Below, piece by piece: positions 1-14,600 of a DNA stretch of 64,000 bases. This DNA comes from Iphione sp. A-MEVVRFRX5. Taxonomy: Eukaryota. The first letter of the stretch is position 1, and every line of letters begins with the position of its first letter. The translations under genes and the position numbers were made by a program. The stretch lies in assembly GCA_976226885.1 (NCBI GenBank), contig OZ320317.1, positions 59,830,001 to 59,894,000 on the forward strand. Reading direction: 5' to 3'. The notes under the pieces are model-generated. The model was not told the origin of the DNA, did no database searches, and saw only the letters and a program-made list of their open reading frames with translations.

Positions 1-1720
1 ACAATTAGTATTTCAATAGGCATTTCAAAACGAGAAGGAAATACTGACAGTCCAATAGCTATCCCTCTGTGACAAACATCGTGTTCAGGCCCTGACTGCC
101 ACAAGCAATCCTATCAGCTGTTTGACTCCTCGTCCACAGAAAGGTTAGGGACGGGACCGACTGCTCAGGTTGCCAGGCAACAGGTGCGCCACGACGCCCC
201 AAATACACGGGCTGTCTTTTTCATGATATTCGGTCGGTTTTCTCGGTTATTTTTAACACTTAAAGGGGTCAGTTTAGGTCCTAGTCTGAGGACTGGGGGA
301 CGGGAGAAGGAGGGGGTATCTGGGTAGCACCCGCCTTCTTCGGCAGTGCAGTGATTAGCTTTTCTTATGTTAATTGACCTGTCTGAGACAGATGTCGTCT
401 GCTAATGGTATACCTAAAATAAGACGCACGGGCAAAGGAGGTGGAGGTCCTGGGCAGCTACTTCAGCTCATGGGAGCGCCGGTGGTAAAGGATGGAGTGT
501 GCCACCCACAGTTATTGTGTCACATATACACCTCGTGTATTCACCAAACGGAAAACATCAGCCAATGGCGTCGTGCTGCTAAGATCCAGGAAGTCTAACA
601 CATAAGTTTTGTACAGGCATAGCGACATCGTGGTTGCACGTTTATGCTATCAGCATATATATATATGCATATTTATATATTCCAGTGTGTTCAGTCTCAA
701 ATGTATATTGATCCTTACATGTCCAAGGCTTGTTCAAATAAAACCTTTTTGTTGTTTGGAGATGCTGACCCTTGAATAGGCAATTATCAATTCAGTGCTT
801 CATTTATAACATTTAAGCTCCACTGTTTCATGCTTGTTTGTGATCTCGGTAAAGCTACGACATTCCTTTGTATATATTTATAAATATGTACCTGAGAAAT
901 CAAGAATTGTTAAATTTGTTCAGAACAATGTCTGGTGAATTAAGAAAATAGCTGAAAGGCAACACCGACATGCTTTAGAGGAAATTGGGGAAATCTTTCT
1001 ACCTTCATGGTATCAAGACTGAAGGCCAGAAGAGGAATGAATACTTCCAACCGTGCGAAACACATCGACTTCACCCATTTCAACGTTTCATTGCAGATCA
1101 TATGTTTGTACACAGTGTTGTTAAATAGAAAGACTTCTCTTGGGCAAAGAAGCGAGCTTGCATACCTGTGCCGTTGCTGGCCATGTCTCCAGCGGGAAGT
1201 TGAAATGTCGTCTGATAATTCAGTCCCTGGTAGATAATGTCACGTGATTTACCCTTATCCACACTGTAATTGACTTCGTATCGGATTGGCAGGTCCTGTG
1301 GATTCAAAGATACATAAAGTATTTCAACAGTGATATGAAAGATCAAATGTAGATTAGTTTGAAAGGACCAGTCGTGTCTGAAACATTATTTGTCCGTGAT
1401 AATACATATATTTGTTTCATGTGCTTCGAGAGGAAACTGAATATCATCGATGGCTAGATAAATTCTAAAGATGATACATTTAGAACGCCGCATAAAAATA
1501 GATGGAAAAATTCATACTTGCGATTTATATTGAGACACATTGAAAGCAAAATACTCGACAAAAAGAATCCTTCAACATCTATTAAATGCTAGCATAAACA
1601 CGCGAAATAGCTGACAAGATAAAATGGTAACTAACAGTTCATAACCAAGGTCATCTACGTGAAATAAAATGTTCACTGCTGGATGGGTAGTTTCTTCGCA
1701 GCTGTTGTCGACACACTTAC

Positions 1721-1888
1721 CTTCCCCAACCCTAACCAATATCAAAAGCTGCACAATATCTGTAAAACACCACAACGCCGATCTTTTAAGATTTATTGTT
1801 ACGTACACGTGTATCTGATATGCCTGGTTGAACACGTTCCCGGCAGGCAGCCAATTGAATACGTCTACACCGATAACGTACATTATTT
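1721..1888 (-). CDS. Possible further REJ exon (IMYVIGVDVFNWLPAGNVFNQAYQIHVYVTI...)
   Basis: Acceptor TTTTTAG, strong donor AAG|GTAAGT, 168 nt, open, phase 1 to 1. LPAG...Y.I.VYV.I fits the REJ LP.G motif. It needs an unlocated phase 0-to-1 exon upstream, and its C-terminal half fits poorly. Confidence 0.4.
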
Positions 1889-1929
1889 CTAAAAAGTCCA
1901 CACATATTTCATAAAGGCACACCAATCCT

Positions 1930-2480
1930 CACGAGCCCTCCCCTCCCCTTCCCCTCCCTGCACGGGCATCATACTACGTCCCTTTCCTCCCGCCTAGATA
2001 GCCAACGCGCGCACGTCGGGCCGCCCTCCATGACCACTAAGCCGGCACTACTCTAAAGTGTCGCTGTGGCCAGTTTGTCGCCGACTCTGGCGGCGACACG
2101 GCGCGAGCGGGCGCGCTAAAATACTTGCCGCCCGCCTGGAGTGGATGATAAATCATTTTATGCGCGGGCGGCCTACTCGTAACCTCAATATGTCGACGCG
2201 ATGGCCGAGTTATGTATCCAGGTGCCATGATTAAACAGCGGCTCGACAAACAGGCCGAGCTGCATTTACAACCCCTGGATAAACGCCGCCCCGCCCGCCG
2301 CCTGACTCTTTTATTGCGTGAGCGCGAGGGTGCTGCGCGCTTTGGGATTTTCATTACAACAGCAAGTCAAACATGGCGGACGGCGAGGAGGGGCTTGGTT
2401 ACCAGGGGGCAGCCGAGAGCACACACTCTGCACCTGGCGGTCGCCCCGCGGCTCTAATGGAGGATCGAGTGGACGTGGGT
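1930..2480. promoter_or_regulatory. CpG/GC-rich island with GC boxes, a small hairpin and a YY1/Kozak-like AAACATGGCGG
   Basis: CpG-dense against AT-rich flanks. CCGCCCCGCCCGCC near 2285. 8-bp inverted repeat 2076-2083 / 2091-2098. AAACATGGCGG at about 2369-2379. Confidence 0.4.
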
Positions 2481-3199
2481 GACGTCACCTGTCACCATGG
2501 TGACATGGACTCAGCTGGATCTCTTGACTTTTATTGATGACCTATATATAATCAGGGTCGGCGGCTGGTTTGCCTCTCCGTTTACTCTCAAGAAACACCT
2601 CGCCAACATTTCTTTTCAAGATACCGAAAGCATACTGGTTAAAGACCAGGCGTCACTATATGTAAGTACACCGGCTAAACGGAAAAATATTATACTATAG
2701 CAGTTTCGAGCCTGTGTACATTTGTACAAGCACGGCGCACATGTCCAAACGCCGCATACGCAATGTCCTGGGTTAAAGTCCTCTTTCTGTATACTACTAC
2801 AATACTGAGTTATGTGCAGTTTAGCGTCAGAACTTGGGACCCCCCCCCCCCCCCCTGACAACCAGTAAAAGCGTCCCCTTTGAGGGAGTGTCTCCAGTCC
2901 TGAATAGTAACACATATACCAACAATACAATGTTGTTCCCGCCAAAGAAGTCCCTAGCTCGATGATGTCCCCGGCCTTAGGTGTCACTAGTTATGACATT
3001 CTACTGTACTCTTATAGCAGAGCGTATATAAATCAGCAGCCAAGGCTTCGAGAGTGACACCTACCCAGTGACCATTGGTAACTTTTGTCAGTGGGGTGCA
3101 ATTATTTTTTTGCTCCTTTCTAGGTGGTCTACCTATTTCCGGACGAAGTTTATCCGTTTGGAGAGGCTGTTAACTGCAAAACTGCATATCTTCCCTCTG

Positions 3200-3550
3200 C
3201 TTCGCCTCCTTTTTCGTCCTTTTTCCACACACCTGCTCCCATTCACTCATTCTCTAGTCTCCTCTAATACCATGCTCTCTATTCCTCTTTGTCCCTTTCT
3301 CCCCTCTATACTTTTTTTCTTCCTGCCCTCTCTTTTAATCTTTCTTTCCATCCTAAGAAAAGCACTATTTTTCATTTTTCTTTTCCTATCAATTCGTTGT
3401 CCTTTCCATGTCTATATTTCTCCATTTTTGTCTTTCCTCTATCCATTTTGTTTTCCTTCCTCCTTGTCTTTCTCTTCCTCCTTTCCTATCTTTCTCTTAT
3501 CATCTTACCCTCGCTTTTTCTCGTGCCCTTTTCTCCCCTTTTTTCTCCCA
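3200..3550. repeat. Polypyrimidine (CT-rich) low-complexity tract
   Basis: Nearly all C/T on the plus strand. Explains spurious ORFs 3068-3574 and 3289-3663. Confidence 0.85.
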
Positions 3551-6500
3551 AGTGTCAACAACGAAATCATGTGAGTCAATGTAATACTGAGGCAGGTGAC
3601 CCATATGATCAACATTTAAAACAAACCATAAGGATCGAACCCTTACAATATTGCATCTTTTAAAATCCCAAGGTTAATTTTGCCATCTAAAAAATACTGT
3701 CACATAAGCACAGAACAATATAGCTGTCTTAAGGACCAGGATCTTATCAATTTTTAACAGAATACACAATATCACCGTACAGAACATAAAGACAACATAA
3801 AGATAAACAGCGAGCGGTGACTGCTGGGCTGACATGTTGCATGAGTTTGCAAAAAATCAAATTTCAGAAAATCGGTCCCATAATCTTGCTCATTAATAAA
3901 TTGATTAACTCGTTGTGTAAAATGAAGTAGCTTTTTTTATTGATGAGATATATGAAATCTGATAAGAAAGCCACATTGAAATGTCTTTCGTTAGTAGTAA
4001 CTGTTTCATTTTACATTGGTCTCATTCACATTTAATGTAGGTAAGGTATCAATTTTAATGTGAGACAAAGTACAGATTTGTAATTTTTCTTTTATGCTGT
4101 GTGTCATTTCAGCTGAAAAATTATGGCCTGTTATTTTCAAAAGGTGCCCATTTAAGCTTGCCAATTTTACAGTCAGTTAAGATGGATCGACATTCGTATT
4201 ATCCACAATTTCAGTCTAGTTGTAAACATATTAATACACTACAAGGAATCCTACGTTTAGCGGATATTGCTGGAATATTCAGCTGATTTCCGTAATAAAG
4301 GGGGAACACCAGTACAGCAGGACTTTATTTCTCCTGAAAGAAAGCTTTTGCGAGAAGCAGTTACCAAGTGTGTTTCTTTTAATTAGCGGTCTCACAACAG
4401 GCACAGGCTGCTGTTAATTGTGCGAGGCCATCTGTGACTTGAGAGAGTGGTCAACTCTAAGAACATTTTCTTCCTTGGAACAGTTGTTTTCCAGAACAAT
4501 TTGGCTTTTGCACCTACCAAAAGAATGCTATATATGAGTTAGACATAGGATATTAGGATTCAAAACAGACTACTGCTGATACAAGTCGTGATTTAAGGAT
4601 TGAATGTTATACTAAAATTCCACATGAATAGCACCCAGGCGAACTGTTCTTTGAATAATTTGTTCCAAAATAATTCGTCTGTGCACCTGAGATACTACTG
4701 ATGGTGTCTGTGTCTGATGACAAACCAGGAGGCTTGGAGGGAAGATGCGTTTAACTTCAAGCACATATCGTCAAATTACTGCCGCACCTTGACGCGACCG
4801 TTTAGAAGATTAAACTGTGCATATTTAGTATGTAGAACTGGTGTCAAAGTGGCCATGGACAAGGCATTTTGATTAGCACATGCAGACAAAGCTGCTCACG
4901 TATAAAAATAACATGGGTAAGAAATCATAGTGTCTGACGTGAATCTGTTGCCTTCTATCACAAATATGTCTACAGGAGTCTACAGGAGTACATGTACATT
5001 ACGGAGTACATGTACAGTGCGGCCACTCCTGATTCACATTTAGACAGTTCATATAAGAGAGATGCCCTCTTTATGTGTTTCAAACCAGGTCTTCAGGAAT
5101 CTGGCTGCATCCCAGTGTGTCCTCTTCAGTGATCCATCCGCGCATAAAGATTAAATTGTATAATATCGCATGTATTCCATGTACATGTATTATCTAAACG
5201 GTCAATATTGTGATGTCTCCTCAATATATCAGCGAAGTCAACAGCTATGTACCTGACCACTTATTATTAAGATTTGGGCAGAAATGTAAATGAGGAGTCA
5301 CAGTCTTTCCCGGTTGGTCAGTAATCAAGATGGAGGATGAGGGCAGAATCACGAAGGGCTGCTGGAGGTGAGAGAACAGACCGATAGAGTCTATAGCAGA
5401 GGCCGGGATAGGACTCGTGCTGCTTTGGTCAAGATTTGGCCCACCGCTCGGGGTTGGAGGGCAAGGCCAATAGAATCGGACATGAAAGTGGGTCAACGGA
5501 CGAACAACGTGCGAGATGCAACACCAAGAGTAGACATGCCCAGTCACATGGTCAGCATTCCAAGAGGAAATTGTCACGTGACCACCATTGCTGGCCCAAT
5601 TGCAGGCCCGTTTATGTCGTTCTGCATTCGATGTCGTTAGCTCTTGTAGCCCGCGCCAGTCTGGGTATGGATCAATTGATTTAACGTGCGGGCACTCAAC
5701 AAGGAAACACAAGAGGGACGTACTCTGCATGCAGCAGGCGGGACCGACCAAGAAGAACATGGCGGGGCCCGGCCCACCATTGAGCGGGCCCTAGAGGCGC
5801 GTTTAGCCCCGTCAGCCTGCTGACCCCTTGACCCGCACACAAGAGGACCGCGGGTTCTCAAACAGCCATCATTACTGGCGAAACCGACACAAACACGCCC
5901 ATCAAACGCGGCTATATCACCCATATAGTGCTCGTATTAGGTGGCGTCAGTGTTCGTTCTTGGAATGGTTACAACGGGGGACTAGTTGATCATGTTGGAT
6001 ACGTCCTGTAACACATCTGCGCCACTCAGGCAAGCTCACTGAATATTACAGAAGAATATAGTCTCATAGTCAGGCATTAACGTAAGCTCCTCTGATATGC
6101 CTTTACACATATGGCACGCAGGACGCTGAGGAGGGCGAGGCTGGATAGTGTCAGTGTAATACATTGTGGTGTGCATGTAGAAGTATGAGTCAACCGTGGA
6201 GACGAGGTCTTCAACAGGTTTGCTGAAAGTCTCCCTTATACAAGAGTGTATCAGATTCTCCTTCACAAAATCTCTATAGAAGGAAATACCTTATTAACTT
6301 GGATGGATCTAAAGCTAACAGAGGAGGGCAAGCCCGCGAGGTTCTAGTAGTATACAGTACAGCCAGTAGGCGTCAAGGCTGTTTCACGTTTAGAGATGTA
6401 GATGTTGGAAGGCAGGCGGGGGGGATCATTTCATAGCAGAGTGGAAGAGGGGGGATAGGAAAGGGGAAGGTGGAACTAATTGGGAGAGGGGTTGGTAGTA

Positions 6501-8466
6501 GGGAAACGTCGTACGTCGACTTGATGCCCTCCTCAAAAAAAATACAAGCTAAGCCGGAGGACATCGGTCTTCCGTTATCAGCGACGATCTGTTCAGCTTG
6601 CTTCCGAATGTCTTTCATTTGCATATTCATTTGGGTATTCATGAGGCGTCCAGCGGACGCACTATGCGGGGTGTGGTTGAGGAGGCAACAGATGCTATCG
6701 GCCACCACGTTGTGATCGTTCTGTATTTTCTTCCACGAAACGATGAGCGGGTTCCGTTGACAGTTGGTGCCTCGCATCCCAGGAAGTCGACAACGACCAC
6801 CCCGATTCTCTCAAGACGACACAGATTTTCTTTACATAGGACGTCTTGTACGTGTTCATCCATGTGTGCGTGTGTGCAAGTGTACGCGAATGTTGGGCAG
6901 GAAGTAAGCCCCGTTTAACTTATCTGCGTGATCATTTCGTGTGTTGTCCCGTTTATCTTGCATGTTGCTTAGAGTATGCAAGAGTACATCTGAATGGGGC
7001 ATTGTATCAGAGATATTTCTTAGAAATATGAACTTCACAAGCAATGGTCGCTACAATCGAATTTTCAAACAGGAAGTCCCAGTTGCCAGGAATCTAAAAA
7101 AATAGACTACTACAAATAGCATTTGTCCTCTGGCCTAATTTATTGTTGGTTATGTTACCAATAACTATTACTTCATAACATGATACCTAAGAGAGTACTA
7201 TTCGAAGATGCATGTAAGCTCGGGCTTGGATTAACAAATTATTATGTTTTATTAGCAAGGGGCAAGGTTGAAAACACAGAGAAGCACCGAAGTTTACCCT
7301 ATCACCTTGCCCTACCTGCTAGTTTTAATACTATGGCTTACCATGTACTGGTGGATCATCATGCCCCAATCACGTATTTACATCCATATCTCATAAACTA
7401 CTGTAAAAGATAGTATATCTACGAAGTCATGCAGGCTAGGAATGTTTATTTATTACACATAATGCAGAAAACGTGTCAGCAAACATTAAAATGGGTCGGT
7501 TTATCTTCCCACCCATCTCATGTTGAGAGGTCTTTACCTAGCCAATAATTCCCACCTAGAACCGCTATCGCAATGTCAATAAAGGTCTCCCTACACCAGT
7601 CCAAAGGGGACAGGCCATGGTAGGTACACCACATGGTCCTACCATTAATTTTTCAGTATTTAATTAATTATATGCGTCGTCCTCGTGCACCTCTGTTTAT
7701 CAACCAGAACTAAAAGCATCCCATTTGCATGAGAATGCCCACGGCACTATAACAACCGATATAGCATATCCTTCAGTTAACTGCCTGTATCTGGGTATAT
7801 GCATATATATGTACATACATATGTCTAGTGTGTGCAAAGGTAAGGTAGTCTGGATAATATAGATTGCTCTATTTTCTGCGAGGTGACGTACATGTAATAA
7901 ATTACATATTTAGGAGGGCTGCTTGCAGCCTTGAATATTGTCGGAGCTGCCACGCTGGTGTCGACATGTGACAGGCGTATTTTAGTATAAATCAAACAGC
8001 ACCATTAAAGGATGTCATCACCACAACGTGCTAACTTCATGGAAACCTACTTTAAATCACTTTATTTTCACTGATAGGAATCATTGTACATATATTTCGG
8101 TATAAAGCAATAAATAACCATAGAGTGATAAGCGCACATACTACTCCGGAAGGTTTGTATTATTGCTGCAGACTCCCGTGTAAACCACCAGTTTTTGGAC
8201 TATCACTTCTTAATACTTTGACTCTGTAGCATTCAGACTTACACCTACGTCCCATCGCTTATGGAAACCTCCCGATTGTGCAGATTGATTATGTATGGTC
8301 CTGTTTACCTATTTGTAACCAGTAGATTAGAGGCAGTCGCGTTCGATTGTTTTCCCTATTCTCGTTTCAAGTCAGCCGCCTCACACTCATTTCTCTTTCG
8401 TTCCCTGCATTCTGAAGCCTCTCCTTCCATTCTTATCATTCATGCAATGCCGAAATTCATACTCAC

Positions 8467-8606
8467 GGTATCATTCCATTCGAGGCAGATAACCTTGAAG
8501 ACTGTATCCATCTCCAGGCCCTCCGAAGGGCGAAGGTAACACCGGCCTTTGATGGGGTTCTGGTTCACACGTACATACACCAGGGCTTCGCCTTCTCGCC
8601 CGCTCT
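8467..8606 (-). CDS. Exon: REJ (ESGREGEALVYVRVNQNPIKGRCYLRPSEGLEMDTVFKVICLEWNDT)
   Basis: Acceptor CTTGCAG, donor ACC|GTGAGT, 140 nt, phase 1 to 0. P..G.C...P..G....T.F...C..W.D motif. Confidence 0.92.
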
Positions 8607-11600
8607 CTGCAAGCATCATGCGTGAAACACATATAATAAAGAGCAAACAAAGACAGCCCGCATTCATTGATGTATAAGCCCCCCCCCCCCCCCCGCTTTT
8701 TTATACTAGGCAATATTCCTTGAAATTTGGGGTCAGGGCTGAATGATATTCTCGCCCAAACTATTACTTAAAAAATTGTTATAGTTTTGCTGTATAATTT
8801 TCATCTCTTCCACAAGCCGTACAACACAAATCTTACTGTTACTCGGTAATATTTAACATAGTGAACAAGAGCCACAGTAACGTATAGATACGAAGGTGCA
8901 TAGGAATAAGCGAAGTCGTGTAATATTCACGTCGTAACCAGGGAAAAGAAAATAAAAAACTGTTGTCCCACAGTTCCTCGTGGCCAAATGAACTTCAACG
9001 TCCTATGATTGTTACACGGTTGGGTTATATTTTCTTAAATGGCCTGTCATTACGGATGTGGTCACTCCTACTGAAGATCGGTCCGTATTCTTTGCCTAAC
9101 AAATGTTTACCATGCGGTGTTGTTTTGTTCTTGGGGTATGGGGCGGCGGAAGATCTCTACCATGGGGTTTGCTAGGTGAGAACAGGTAGGTGGACTGGAC
9201 AGTTGGATTAACAGCAGTGCATGGCTGGAGAGAGGAAGGGGGAGGGGACTGGGGTTGGGGGGAGTAGGGGGTGGTTGGACTCCTGCTGGAAGGTGAGTGT
9301 GGTCGGGGATGGTTTCTCACCTGGGTGCTTGACGAGGCACTTGACCACGTACATACGGCCCTGATGCAGTACCCCAGGTCTGATGACGAGCGCCTGTTTG
9401 TCGATGCCCGTTGTGGTATTTCCCGGTGACAGGAGGACCTCACGCCGAAGCTGACTTACGATATGCGGCAGGGCACGCTGCTTTATCTTGGTGTCTGTGG
9501 CCGGGTCTACTCCGGGGCCGCGCTCTCCGGTGTTGGTGCCACCCTGGTCCGGCGACCCCACACCTTCAGCAAGAGAATACCCAGAAATAACAACTGTTAA
9601 ATTGAAGGAGTGATTTTCAGTTACAAATTCTCCGCTGTCGATAAAACCATGCATACAATCGTCGTACAAACATTCGAATGTTCGGCTATAATAAGTGTGT
9701 GCGTATTTATGTCGCCGCAACGATGAAAACAAAAGCTGGGTGTACTGGATATCCAGATGCACGTCGGGGTTATACCAGAACACAACATAAGATGTGAACA
9801 AATTCGACTTTAATTATCTCTCGATAATACTTTATATGTCCAGTTATAGAGCAGCAGCAATGAAACCCAAGGCGAACCCTGTATCTAACGCGGTAATGCC
9901 ATTAGTATATTAGTTAATTATAGACCTCCTCGACCCATGGTTGCTTCCTACACTGTGGACATCAACATAGACGAGGCGATGCAACTGACATCACAAATAA
10001 CACGGTCTGTCCGAATGACCGTAACCTGTGGTATATTACCAGCTAGAAATGGATGAGAAACTGTCTGCGGTAGCTCCTCCACGACCATATAGCACGCGAA
10101 GTAGACTGCTCAGGTTCACTGCACTATCTGGCTTGATAACCACTCCCAGGAAAGGGAAGCCAAAGCAAAGAATAATTTTTTTTTTTTGGGGGGGGGGAGG
10201 GGGGGTCACGACACATCGACTTTGCCTCGTTTCATACACGAAAGAATCATTTCTGACATGATTAAGTTAACTGTTTACAAATACAGAAATTGCGTGTCGG
10301 AGATATTCCTCGCTTTTTTAGGGTTCTTGATTCCTTGGGTGTAATTACTGACGAGCTAACATTTAAAACTAAACCCTTAAGTCCCATGCATAGCCCCACT
10401 TTCCCCATGCCCCACATACTTCTTAGGTAACTATTTCTTTTTTCGTTCATGAAGAAAAAGAGGGCGTCTTTCGATGTAATACGGGTAATGTTGCCGACAA
10501 AGAAAGGACTCTGGCTAATCAAAGCCGAAGGGCGGTGGGAGAATCTAGAAATTTACAGCTGTCGAGGTAGTATTGAAAATGCCATTCGTCAGAATTGATG
10601 ATGTCTGTTATCGTTAATAGTCCGACTTATTTGCTTACTTCCTAATATCGGTAGGATTCATGGATGATTATATGGGAGCTATTAAATTTCTGCAATCACT
10701 GCAATTCCCGAACTGATTGAAATTAGATTCTCTTATTTTGTCCTTCGTGCAGACAAGGTAGTGTTCCTTATTTGTGACTGTAATTTTGTAATTACCTAGT
10801 CCTATTATTAATGAAGTGATAGGCGAAGTTCAAATACCATACTAATAATTTTCACAATCTATCACTAATACACTCATAATGAAAATGTGTTAAAACTGAT
10901 CAATATGTAAATGTTTGGTTTCGAGAATTCGTTTTCTGGATATAAATTTGGGCATAATCTGACATTTCCACTACGGTTCGGTTGCATACTTCTTTTCTTG
11001 ACTGTGGCTACCTCATCTTAGTATTTCCTCTTTCGACCAATTCAGTGAACATTTTTATTACTTGTCTAGCCAATAGAGAAGGAGTTGTACATGCTGAAGC
11101 ATTACTACATGTATATACCTTCAGAATGGCACCAGCCAAAGCATATGTCTAATTCCACTGTAGCACCACAGTCCACCTGCACTCCTAACAAGGCCACTCC
11201 CTGCCCATGAAGACAGTCAGCATACCCACAGACCCAACTCAGTGGAGCATAGAGTCCCTGAAGGTAGGCCCCGTCACACTAAATCATTTAAGGGATAATA
11301 ATTCTACCTGTGTAAAACATTTGCAGATCTTTATTGGTGTAATATGACACTTCAGTCCATACTAACTGTCCTTGTGTAGCGGTATGTATTCGTCATGTAC
11401 ATATATCTGACAGAATGCACCACTGGGTATTGATGTCTTTGGGTACATTAGTTGTAACCATATAATCATGCCTAAGGTGTATGTGGTAATACATATTTGG
11501 GGACAAATAATAGTCTCCTACATATTTCTCTAGTTTAACAGGCCTTAACTTCTCCTCACATACTGCAGTTGATGTTTTGCTCTGACCACCATCATAGCAG

Positions 11601-14600
11601 TAATAGAATAATGGGGGAATGTGTGTTATTCTTATTTTAATGTGGCTACACAGTGAAGTAGTATATTGCTGAGAACACTGTGCCAAATGCATTCCCTGGT
11701 GAGCTTGCTAATGTCTCCATAGGACATGTATGATATTAACTGTTGGTCATGGTGCCGTGTAAGTTTACCACCCCAAATTACATCCCCTGAAAATGCAGCC
11801 AAGTTAGTGGAAAAAATAGACTAACAAATAGGATCAAAAGTTACCAAATTAGTAGATATTTAATTACCACCTGAGCAATAGTTATTACCAGAGGGGCAGA
11901 TCTGCACCAAGTGACCCAGTGTGTCAGGCTACAGAAAATCGACATAGCAGCCCGGCATTCACTGACCAGGTGCATCACGTCTGGAAAACCGTAGACTCAC
12001 TCCTATACGTTACGCACAAGTTTGGTCAAAGGCCACTGAATGAATATATACTAAATATAGAGGGTGAAAAAAGTATATTTCCTGACTTTTAATGATCGCA
12101 CCAGAGTTGGAGAGGAAAACTTGTCTCAAGTCCGTAACTTAAGGTGTCACCTAATTAAGGAGCGCCTTTTGATGCCAATTCCCCGCCTAGCAAAATATCA
12201 GAGTAAGACAGAATTATCACATCAATGGTGATCCAAGGCTTGGAATAAGTTTCTGCGTACCACACAGGGCTATAACTGCACCCGCAGCAAAACAAGCGTG
12301 GACAATCTAGTCAGTACATGTAGTTCTATACCTAATAATCATGACTTCATGGAATTTCACAAATAAATGAATGTAACAAGACAGAGTTCTTTTGGGGTCA
12401 ATAGGTCGCTTTAAGTAGGGGCATATCATACAACATTTTAAAGGTAAACAGCCCTACTTTATTTTGACATTATTGTTTTGTTTCCATTGAGGACCCTATG
12501 ACAACTAGGCTACGCTAAAGAGCCAATATTACACCAGAAAATTTAAACAAATTCACGGTATTATGCAAAATATGTATATGCATAGAAATGATTAAATATT
12601 GTTTTATAACTACCTGGAATTCGCCATAACTCATTTTTATATTCATGACCAGCATCAAACACATATGCACACACAATGAAAAAACAGGGATATTCTGTAC
12701 ACATTCACTGTTAAAATAAATAGGCACATACCAATTATCAATATTTAACTAATTAACGAAACATATTAAGAATCAGTAAAAAAGTGTTTGTATCTCATGA
12801 AAGCGATTGATGGTACAACATGACCAGCACCTGTCATATAACCTATTATGTTTTGGATGCCCTACTTATTTGCAGATGGCAGGGATAACGAGTATGGTCA
12901 AAGCATCAAATACTGGCTAAAGAAATTTAACTATAATGAAATGTAAGTCTGTCTGCACAATGTGCTTGACAAAACTAAGAAATATGGGTTACAACCTTTG
13001 CTACTTTATACCTGAGAGTTTAAATATTAAAATATGTTTGTCAGATCCTCCAAAGGACCTTACTACATAATTAAAGGCTTCAGTTCATATGAAGAAACTG
13101 TTAAATCTACCTAGGAGGAAAAAAAGGTTTCCAAATCTACAAAACCGAAAATGGTTTACAGGATACACTTTGAGGCGTCCATTAAGGTCTTCATAGTAAC
13201 AAAATCTCATGTGTATGTGTACATTTGGTTGTCTAGTCGCAATCCATCTCACTTTCCTTTGTTCTCTTATCAAAATACAATCACAATATTCAGACAGTTG
13301 TATCCGGCTTACCATCACATGATTCTTAATGCTGATTTTAATCATATACATAGCATATCATATGGCAGAACCCTACTTATTCGGCCTAATGTATCTTAAC
13401 TGTAACCGTGGTCTCTTTCATGAGGTGACACCTGAATGAGTGTTGCTTAAATGCACTGAAATAGCTGCTCTAATGATTGAGATGACCTTTAGGTGAGGTT
13501 CCACCATGCCTTGGAAAAGGTTGCAATTGATGGCATTCCTTTTTCATTTGTGTTATAGATCAGTTCATATGTACAATAATTGTTTTCACAGGAAGATTCA
13601 CTAGATCTGTAATTTTCTGATTTAAAAGCATGGAGTTTTAAGCATATTTAAAAATTTCCTTATTAAGGACCTTATTCAGAGTCTCAAATAATGTTTATTA
13701 GAAAAGGTCAAGGAATATTATAGGAAAACAAAATAAAGAAATGGAAAATACAGAAACACCCTGCCCAATGTTATATGAGACGTATACTCTAAAAATGCAT
13801 TTCACCTGATGGCCAATACGGGGTGTTGTTATCTGTCAGGTTTCAGGGCTCACCATAAAAAAACGTCTAGTACATGTTAAGAGAATAATTATAATGTGCA
13901 CAGTTTCTTAAGTATCACAGCTGGCTTAAAGATGATAAGTCAAACTATGAAGACTGCTTATAATAAAAGGACATACATCATAAAAATTGACAATAATTGC
14001 GTGCCTAGAAACAAATAAAATACAATTAGAACCGTGCATCTAAATTGGCATAGGAAATCCAATATTAGTTTTAATAAAAGAAGTCCACCAATTCATTGAG
14101 GGATTACAACCGGAACGCCAACACAATTAATTATATGGGTAATTTGGAAAATGAATCTTAGTGGAAATTCTTTAATTTGGATTAGAATCAGTAATTTTAG
14201 GGGAGTCATTTTCTGAAATAGTATTTGAGACCTAATTTCAGTGCTCTTTAATGAAGACAAATTTCCATCTGTTATTGCAAAGGCCACAAATGGGCCTACC
14301 TTTATCAACGTAATAATGTACATTATTTATGGGACGCAATTATATTACCAATACAGAGTGCCTCGCGTAGGGGTAGTAGTCCTTATTGAAAAACAATACT
14401 CGTTATAATCTGTTCGTTCGGTAGTTCTGTAATTGAAAGTATGGCAGACGAAGCATGGTTTCCCAAAGGAGTAGCAAATCCATAAATTTGAACGGTTATG
14501 AGATGCTGCATCATCAAGGCATTCAATATTACTTGTTGGAGAGCGGGAAAATATATGAATTGATTTAAGCATGTTTTGTGCATCATATGCCATTCATAGG

